From assembly GCF_030068445.1 (NCBI RefSeq), contig NZ_JAQPOK010000012.1, forward strand, positions 1 to 32,000: a stretch of DNA of 32,000 nt. Reading direction: 5' to 3'. The translations under genes were made by a program, and so were the position numbers. Of the stretch, positions 26,607 to 32,000 are shown one piece after another. The stretch comes from Roseofilum halophilum BLCC-M91. GTDB lineage: Bacteria; Cyanobacteriota; Cyanobacteriia; Cyanobacteriales; Desertifilaceae. The stretch's first letter is position 1. Each line of letters starts with the position of its first letter. Under the pieces are notes generated by a model. The model did not search any database. It was not told the DNA's origin and was given only the letters and a program-made list of their open reading frames with translations.

Positions 26607-26783
26607 CTATGGACTTGGAGAAGGCGCGGGAGCCGGTGCTGGGGAGGGAGAAGGAGAAGGAGAAGGAGAGGGGGATGGTGTCGTGCCTGGAGAGGGGGAT
26701 GGTGTCGTTCCCGGCGTTGGGCTAGGTGTCGTTCCCGGTGTGGGTGTCGGAGTAGGAGCAGGAGCAGGAGATGGGTCATTATT
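26607..26783 (-). repeat. Low-complexity coding repeat (PTPGTTPSPSPGTTPSPSP... tail)
   Basis: C-terminal PAPTPTPTPGTTPSPTPGTTPSPSPGTTPSPSPSPSPSPSPAPAPAPSPSP of the export protein. Confidence 0.9.
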
Positions 26784-27947
26784 CAGGTTGGTATCAACGG
26801 TAAACACATCCGTGACATTATCTCGGAATTGTCGCCAAAACAGCATGAAGGTAAGGACATCTTGAAACGGCTGGGTAATCCGAGTCAGGGTTACGCTCAA
26901 TCTAGATAATAAGTTGCGATTCACTACGATAATGTCATTATCTAGCAAGCGAATATTTTGGGACACATCCCCTAATATGGCACTACGAGCATTAATGATT
27001 TTGCTCACCACTCGTCCCTGTTCTTGATCGAAGCGAATGACCCCGACTTTACTCAGTCTCGCTTCTTCAAAATTGGGCCCGATCGCCGTAATCGCATCGG
27101 CAAAGGTACTGCCATTGGGTAAAGTAATTGTCCCCACATTGTTAGTCGTATGGCGTACCACATCAATATTAATCGTGGGTTGAGATAAATTTGATTCTGC
27201 GGCTAACTGATGATCGTAGTCGAGATCCTGAAAATCAATTTTAGGGACAATAATCACATCCCCATCTTCAATCCGCAGGTCTTGGACTCGTTGCCCATAT
27301 TTGAGGGGAGTGAGCAAATCTACCGAAGCTTCTAAGACTGAACCATCCAATAAGGTTCGCCGAATAATAATATTACGCAGGTCTGCCGATTGAGTAGATC
27401 CCCCAGCCTGAACAAGAGCATCGGCCACTAAAGGAATCGGATTACTAGGGAGAGCATAGCTTCCCGGTTGAAAGACTTCACCGGTAATAATCGTTTCAAC
27501 AGGTCTCCGATTGCCCAGAGTGACCAAGACATTGGGTTCAATCACAAATTGATTTAAGCCAAAGCGTAGTTTTTCTTCCAGTTCGGGGAGAGTTAAACCT
27601 TTAACGGCCAATCGTCCCATTAAGGGGACAATAATATTCCCCTCTAAATCAATCAGAGCTTGAAAATTGAGATCGGGAAAATTGCTGACATTAACCGTAA
27701 TGGAATCTCCGGGGCCTAGGCGATAAACATCAAATTCTGGAGGAGGAGCGGTAGGCAATTCGTTATCGAGTTCCAGAGTTTCCCCTCGGTTTCTCAGTCT
27801 CTCTCGTGCGTCTTCTAGCAGTTGATCGACGGAGGTCGGTTGATCGATATCAATGGGTGGCAGTTGTCCCCTGGCCTGAGAAGGGAGGAACAATCCCATC
27901 GCTAATGTCAAATTAATAGTAATGTGGAAATTCCGAGAGTTAGCCAT
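26607..27947 (-). CDS. Polysaccharide biosynthesis/export outer-membrane (Wza-like) protein with Pro/Ser/Thr-rich tail
   Basis: YRLGPGDSITVNVSNFPDLNFQALIDLEGNIIVPLMGRLAVKGLTLPELEEKL; SLBB-like VFQPGSYAL; start at MANSRNFHITI. Confidence 0.9.
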   Translation of the reverse strand: MANSRNFHITINLTLAMGLFLPSQARGQLPPIDIDQPTSVDQLLEDARERLRNRGETLELDNELPTAPPPEFDVYRLGPGDSITVNVSNFPDLNFQALIDLEGNIIVPLMGRLAVKGLTLPELEEKLRFGLNQFVIEPNVLVTLGNRRPVETIITGEVFQPGSYALPSNPIPLVADALVQAGGSTQSADLRNIIIRRTLLDGSVLEASVDLLTPLKYGQRVQDLRIEDGDVIIVPKIDFQDLDYDHQLAAESNLSQPTINIDVVRHTTNNVGTITLPNGSTFADAITAIGPNFEEARLSKVGVIRFDQEQGRVVSKIINARSAILGDVSQNIRLLDNDIIVVNRNLLSRLSVTLTRITQPFQDVLTFMLFWRQFRDNVTDVFTVDTNLNNDPSPAPAPTPTPTPGTTPSPTPGTTPSPSPGTTPSPSPSPSPSPSPAPAPAPSPSP

Positions 27948-27954
27948 AGAGAAT

Positions 27955-28710
27955 TTATTGCACAGGGGATTGAGTAAAGACGGTTTCCATGAGGGTGGTT
28001 TGGATGGTTTGCACCAGAGACTGGGAAATGTCTTCAACGTCCTCTAGATCTCCTAGATGTTCCATCGGAATCATCATCGAAACGGCCATCCAAGGGGCCC
28101 GATCGCCTCGTGTTTGGGCTAGGCGATCGGCCATAAACCAGTTGACGGGAGCCGGATTTCCGCCAGTGGGCCAAGCATACCATTGCACCACAGCAAAGGT
28201 TTGCACCGGATTCCAGCCGCGAAAAAACCGCGATCGCACCCTTACTTCTTCACCAGAGGGAGTCTTCACTTCCCAAGTCTTCATTTGATAAGAATCCGTT
28301 TGCCAATCCCTAAAAATCTGTTGCACAAACCCATTCACATCGACCCATTCCACCCTGGGTTGGTCTAGGTCAGAATTTTGGATTAACAGCAACAGCAGTA
28401 CGGGTTTTTCCCAGTTTCCCTCAAGTTGCTGATAAGACCATCGATGACCCCCCAGACGAATCTCCATCTGCTCGATGGTTTCCCAACCGGAAAGGGTTAA
28501 TCCATTGTTGCGGACTTGTCGCAGCTCTTTTAAGGCCACTACTTTGGGGGGAGACTGCCATTGCCACGATCCATTGAAGTATCCCGGAATCGCACCTATG
28601 GCTAAAATGACTACCATAAAGCCGAGCAATACCCATAGGGGCCAAGACCGTTTTCCCGTTTTGGGGGGAGGCCCATCATTCATCGGAGTTGAGGGATTCA
28701 AGGGTTTCAT
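27955..28710 (-). CDS. Cyanoexosortase A system-associated (EpsI-like) protein
   Basis: Single N-terminal TM, LSGWETIEQMEIRLGGHRWSYQQL..., located directly downstream of an exosortase gene, overlapping its 3' end by 35 bp. Confidence 0.75.
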   Translation of the reverse strand: MKPLNPSTPMNDGPPPKTGKRSWPLWVLLGFMVVILAIGAIPGYFNGSWQWQSPPKVVALKELRQVRNNGLTLSGWETIEQMEIRLGGHRWSYQQLEGNWEKPVLLLLLIQNSDLDQPRVEWVDVNGFVQQIFRDWQTDSYQMKTWEVKTPSGEEVRVRSRFFRGWNPVQTFAVVQWYAWPTGGNPAPVNWFMADRLAQTRGDRAPWMAVSMMIPMEHLGDLEDVEDISQSLVQTIQTTLMETVFTQSPVQ

Positions 28711-29593
28711 CAGTCTCTTCTGAGTCTAAATAGTCGTCACGATTGAGCCAGTTCAAAAAAAGCACCACCATACCTAACATGCCTGCGGAATATAAATCTC
28801 CGCCCCAACTTTCATGTAACCAATGAAATACGGGGTCATTGCCTGTGCCATGAAAATAGGTGAGTAGGGCATTACGGATAATATTGGCCACCACGCTAAT
28901 CACTACCGATCCGGCTAATAAGGAAATGACTTTACGCCCAGAGGCGATCGCCCCCGTCCAATAAAGCAGCATTAAGGCCACATAGAGACTGGTAAACAGC
29001 ATTTTCAAGCCCGCGCAGTGGGGCGCAACTTCCACCAGTCTGCCCCCAGTGGACAGATAAATACCATTAACCGTCACATCCATTCCCACGATACCAGAGA
29101 GGATAAATCCCGCCATGGTAGAAATAAAGCTTTGTAAGGGCAGAATATAAGGCTCGATTAGATAGGGGACTTCTGTGGGGGTGGCTAGGGCAACTAAAAT
29201 CAGGGGAAAGGTTTGGAGTTTGAGACCGGGAATCCCTTTTAGCCAGAGACAGACTCCAATCAACATTAGGGGAAAGGAGAGATTAACCAAATCGGGTAAT
29301 CCGGTAATGTAGAACACTCCACCGAGTCCCAGGAAAACGCCGCCTAGGGGATGGAAATTGTCTGGCAGTTGGGCCCATTGCTGGCGTTTTTCCCAGAAGG
29401 CAATATAGAGGGCAAAGGGTAGGCCGATTAATCCATGACTAAAATATTCATGTTCAATACTGATACTTTTATTAATCCAGCCGTCATACCAATGGAAAAG
29501 TAAGGGCCCATAGAGCAGGATAAAGAGGGCTAGAAGGGCATAGTTCACCCAAGATTTGGGGATGGAACTGGGAAAAGCAGAGGGTTGGGTCAT
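28676..29593 (-). CDS. Exosortase/archaeosortase family protein (cyanoexosortase A type)
   Basis: SIEHEYFSHGLIGLPFALYIAF; VEVAPHCAGLKMLFTSLYVALMLLY (catalytic Cys context); VISVVANIIRNALLTYFHGTG; HESWGGDLYSAGML. Start at MTQPSAF 29593. Confidence 0.9.
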   Translation of the reverse strand: MTQPSAFPSSIPKSWVNYALLALFILLYGPLLFHWYDGWINKSISIEHEYFSHGLIGLPFALYIAFWEKRQQWAQLPDNFHPLGGVFLGLGGVFYITGLPDLVNLSFPLMLIGVCLWLKGIPGLKLQTFPLILVALATPTEVPYLIEPYILPLQSFISTMAGFILSGIVGMDVTVNGIYLSTGGRLVEVAPHCAGLKMLFTSLYVALMLLYWTGAIASGRKVISLLAGSVVISVVANIIRNALLTYFHGTGNDPVFHWLHESWGGDLYSAGMLGMVVLFLNWLNRDDYLDSEETDETLESLNSDE

Positions 29594-29615
29594 GGTTTTA
29601 TGCTCGGAGAGGGTT

Positions 29616-30758
29616 TTAAGAATTGATACATTCAGCGATCGCCTCAACGACTCGTTGCATTTGTTCTGAGGTAATCCCTGGAAACATGGGTAGAGAGAGG
29701 ATCGACTCGCACAGTTGTTCGGCTTCTCGAAAGTCTCCCGCATGATAACCCAGATGGGTATAAGCGGGTTGCAGATGGCAGGGAATGGGATAGTGAATAC
29801 CGGTTTGAATGTTGGCGAGCTGGAGTTTTTCTTGTAGGGTATCCCGGTTAATTCCACTCTTTTCTAAGAGGCGAATCACATAGAGGTGATAAACATGGCC
29901 TGAGCCACTGAAGTTGGCGATCGGGACAATACCAGATTGGGCTAAGGGGGCGAGCAGGCGATCGTATGCTTGCGCCGCTTGATTGCGCTGTTGGTTCCAG
30001 CTCTTCAGGTGGGGTAACTTGACATTGAGAATCGCCGCTTGGATGGTATCTAAACGGCTATTGGTTCCCAGTTCCGTGTGGTAATACTTGCGCGGCGCTC
30101 CATAGTTTCTCAGGCTTTGCATGGTTTGGGCAACCTCTGGATCGTTGGTTAACACCATGCCCCCATCCCCAAAAGCCCCTAGATTTTTACTGGGATAAAA
30201 GCTATAGGCAGCCGCTTTGCCCACGGAACCTGCTGTATAGCCTTCTCGATGAGCTAAATGCGCTTGGGCGGCATCTTCAAAGATAAACAGGTTATGGGTT
30301 TGGGCAAAGTCTAGGAGGGCCTGCGGGGAGACCATTTGACCGTAGAGATGAACGGGCAAAATGGCTTTAGTTTTGGCAGTGACCAACTTTTCGGCCGCTT
30401 CGAGATCGATTAGGGCGCTCTGGGGGTCACAGTTGGCTAAAATAGGGGTTGCGCCTGAATGTATAACCCCGATTAGGGTGGCGATGAAGGTGTTGGCCGG
30501 TAAGATGATTTCGTCTCCGGGTTGGATGCCACAGGCTTTGAGTCCGAGGGCGATCGCATCGGTTCCACAAGCAACTCCAATACCATGCTTAACTCCGGAG
30601 CTTTCGGCAAAGGCGCTTTCAAAGTCTTTGACTGCTTGACCCATGATAAAGTCGCCTTGTCGCAAGACGGCTAACATGGCTCGATCGAACTCAGTTTTCA
30701 GGGGCTGGTGTTGGATCGAGAGATCCACAAAGGGAATAGTTGCAGAGGATGGGTTCAT
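29616..30758 (-). CDS. DegT/DnrJ/EryC1/StrS family PLP-dependent aminotransferase
   Basis: IPFVDLSIQHQPLKTEFDRAM; GVACGTDAIALGLKACGIQPGDEIILPANTFIAT; FIFEDAAQAHLA; SFYPSKNLGAFGDGGMVLTND; NSRLDTIQAAIL. Confidence 0.95.
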   Translation of the reverse strand: MNPSSATIPFVDLSIQHQPLKTEFDRAMLAVLRQGDFIMGQAVKDFESAFAESSGVKHGIGVACGTDAIALGLKACGIQPGDEIILPANTFIATLIGVIHSGATPILANCDPQSALIDLEAAEKLVTAKTKAILPVHLYGQMVSPQALLDFAQTHNLFIFEDAAQAHLAHREGYTAGSVGKAAAYSFYPSKNLGAFGDGGMVLTNDPEVAQTMQSLRNYGAPRKYYHTELGTNSRLDTIQAAILNVKLPHLKSWNQQRNQAAQAYDRLLAPLAQSGIVPIANFSGSGHVYHLYVIRLLEKSGINRDTLQEKLQLANIQTGIHYPIPCHLQPAYTHLGYHAGDFREAEQLCESILSLPMFPGITSEQMQRVVEAIAECINS

Positions 30759-30880
30759 TCGCTAATGACGATCGCAAGTTTAATCTTTTTCGAGTTTGGC
30801 ATTAACGGATAGAAAGTGGCAAATCACTGAAGTGGGTTAGGTGCTGAGATCAAATTTTATCGTTCTGGGGAGAGTATTGT

Positions 30881-31240
30881 ATGGACTATAAAACTGCCTG
30901 TGAGTTTGCGATCGCCCAAGGGTTACCCACGGGTGAAAATCCCGATGCCTTTTTGCTCCGCCTGCGAGCCGGAGAGCCACCGGTTCCCGGACAAGTTACT
31001 TCTTTGTTGTTGGCACTCAGTATTATTGCTGAACAATCCCAGGAGCAGCAACTCTTAGATCGCCGTTTGGTTTGTGCCCTGCATCAGTTAGCCATGGACT
31101 CTCGCCAAGCCTTCCTGGAGTATAAACAGTCGGGTGTCATTTGGCCGCCCTTATTAGACCAGGATCTGACTCGGATCGCGATCGCCGTGCGGAAAGTCTT
31201 TATCCCAAAACCGGCGATCGCCTTGAAACCTAGCAAATAA
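30881..31240 (+). CDS. Conserved hypothetical protein
   Basis: 119 aa ORF MDYKTACEFAIAQGLPTGENPDAFLLRLRAGEPPVPGQVTSLLLALSIIAEQS, flanked by non-coding DNA; coherent codon usage. Confidence 0.7.
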   Translation: MDYKTACEFAIAQGLPTGENPDAFLLRLRAGEPPVPGQVTSLLLALSIIAEQSQEQQLLDRRLVCALHQLAMDSRQAFLEYKQSGVIWPPLLDQDLTRIAIAVRKVFIPKPAIALKPSK

Positions 31241-31501
31241 CAGTAATTCCCCTCCGTTGCACTCCAATAAACCCAGCAAAAGATTCACTTATTGTTAACC
31301 TAATTTTGACAAAATCTTGATGAAAAACATCAGGATCTATGGTAAATCGATCCCTTCCCCACACTACTGAAATCACCCCTGACCCGTGATCTAGATAACA
31401 AACCTTCAACAATCGACAATTTTCTTTACTTTCTGCTACCATTAAAAGTAGCGCTCTCTAATAGGTGTTAAGAAGAAAATTGAACTATCCTCCCTTAACT
31501 G

Positions 31502-31673
31502 GATACCCCTGGCAAGGCTTGTGGTATCTAGACCTAAAACTCAAGCGTAGACGTAAATGTGACCCCACAATCTCCTGGGTGGATAGCTGTGAACCCCCTA
31601 GTTTGATTTGACCGGTCTGTAACTGCTAGGTTTGCCCCACCCTCAACTGAAGTTGGCAAACTGGGCCGGTCAA
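31502..31673. other. Hairpin-rich non-coding region; candidate structured RNA or leader
   Basis: GATACC...GGTATC (31502-31528) and nested TTGACCGG(GTTTGCC(AACT-ga-AGTT)GGCAAAC)CCGGTCAA (31608-31673). Confidence 0.5.
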
Positions 31674-31994
31674 TCAGCTAAGTTCATCCTAAACATTGCC
31701 TCTTGGAGAGAAAACCCCAAGGGAACTCGACGGTTATTTAGCTGCTCAAATCTCAAACCTTATAAGCTTTAAAGCTCTCGAAAAACACAGGGATAAAAAC
31801 CCAAAACCAGCTAGAAACCAATCTCTAGACATAACGTTTTGGGCAATTTTTGGAATAATTATAAAAAAGCCCTGCAAGTGATAACCCCTCCAAATTTGGG
31901 ATTGAATTGACCTGGAAATTCTCAAAATCTGGATTCAAGAAAGATAGAGAACCGGTATCCCAATCAAGCAGATTAGAACATAGGAGAATCCATC

Positions 31995-32000
31995 ATGTCT
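31995..32000 (+). CDS. Possible start of a further CDS running off the window
   Basis: AGGAG motif about 9 nt before ATGTCT at the window edge. Confidence 0.4.

Noticed and set aside
26607-26783. Possible CRISPR-like tandem repeats
   Set aside because: Units are short, contiguous, lack spacers and encode an in-frame Pro/Ser/Thr tail.
26568-26909. 113-aa arginine/tryptophan-rich plus-strand ORF
   Set aside because: Antisense translation of the Pro/Ser repeat tail and nearby coding sequence; low-complexity artefact.
31696-31881. 61-aa ORF MPLGEKTPRELDGYLAAQISNLISFK...
   Set aside because: Low-complexity-like composition, no motif or RBS evidence; the region is better regarded as non-coding.
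1-32000. Frequent GCGATCGC octamers considered as a special signal
   Set aside because: This is the well-known HIP1 palindrome of cyanobacterial genomes; used only as context for composition differences, not as a novel element.

Overview
Cyanobacterial chromosomal segment. GCGATCGC (HIP1-type) octamers are frequent and many products are recognisably cyanobacterial. From left to right: (1) the 3' end of an IS200/IS605-type tnpB with its right-end hairpin; (2) a degenerate histidine kinase, a Sua5/YrdC-family tRNA t6A gene and the gas-vesicle genes gvpF/L and gvpG; (3) an accessory, defence-like stretch (about 3.8-9.1 kb) with HicAB, a very small ORF, a NADAR protein, ParA, a ParB-like/HhH protein, a 5-methylcytosine DNA methyltransferase and a convergent candidate restriction endonuclease; (4) a membrane glycosyltransferase with TPR-like tail, a MITE-like element and two cyclic-nucleotide-binding proteins, one apparently fused to TerB-like and Mo-nitro_C-like regions; (5) a second accessory stretch (about 13.8-18.3 kb) with a deleted Rpn nuclease remnant, an HTH/pentapeptide protein coupled to an Rpn-family gene, a membrane protein + stand-alone HNH-type (GHHIIP...HKGSHGSY) nuclease pair, and an intact Rpn-like gene flanked by a duplicated DUF2237 3' end; (6) housekeeping/regulatory genes (exonuclease III, NarL-type regulator, GNAT, DusB, Ser/Thr kinase-GUN4, MsrB, MCP-like protein); (7) a polysaccharide export/cyanoexosortase/DegT aminotransferase group; (8) a strongly hairpin-rich non-coding region at the right end. 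The best candidates for undescribed biology are the membrane protein/HNH nuclease pair (15.85-17.12 kb), the ParA-ParB/HhH-MTase-putative REase group (5.5-9.1 kb), the Rpn plus HTH-pentapeptide pair (14.07-15.64 kb), and the structured region at 31.5-31.7 kb. All family assignments were made by eye from motifs; no database search was run.
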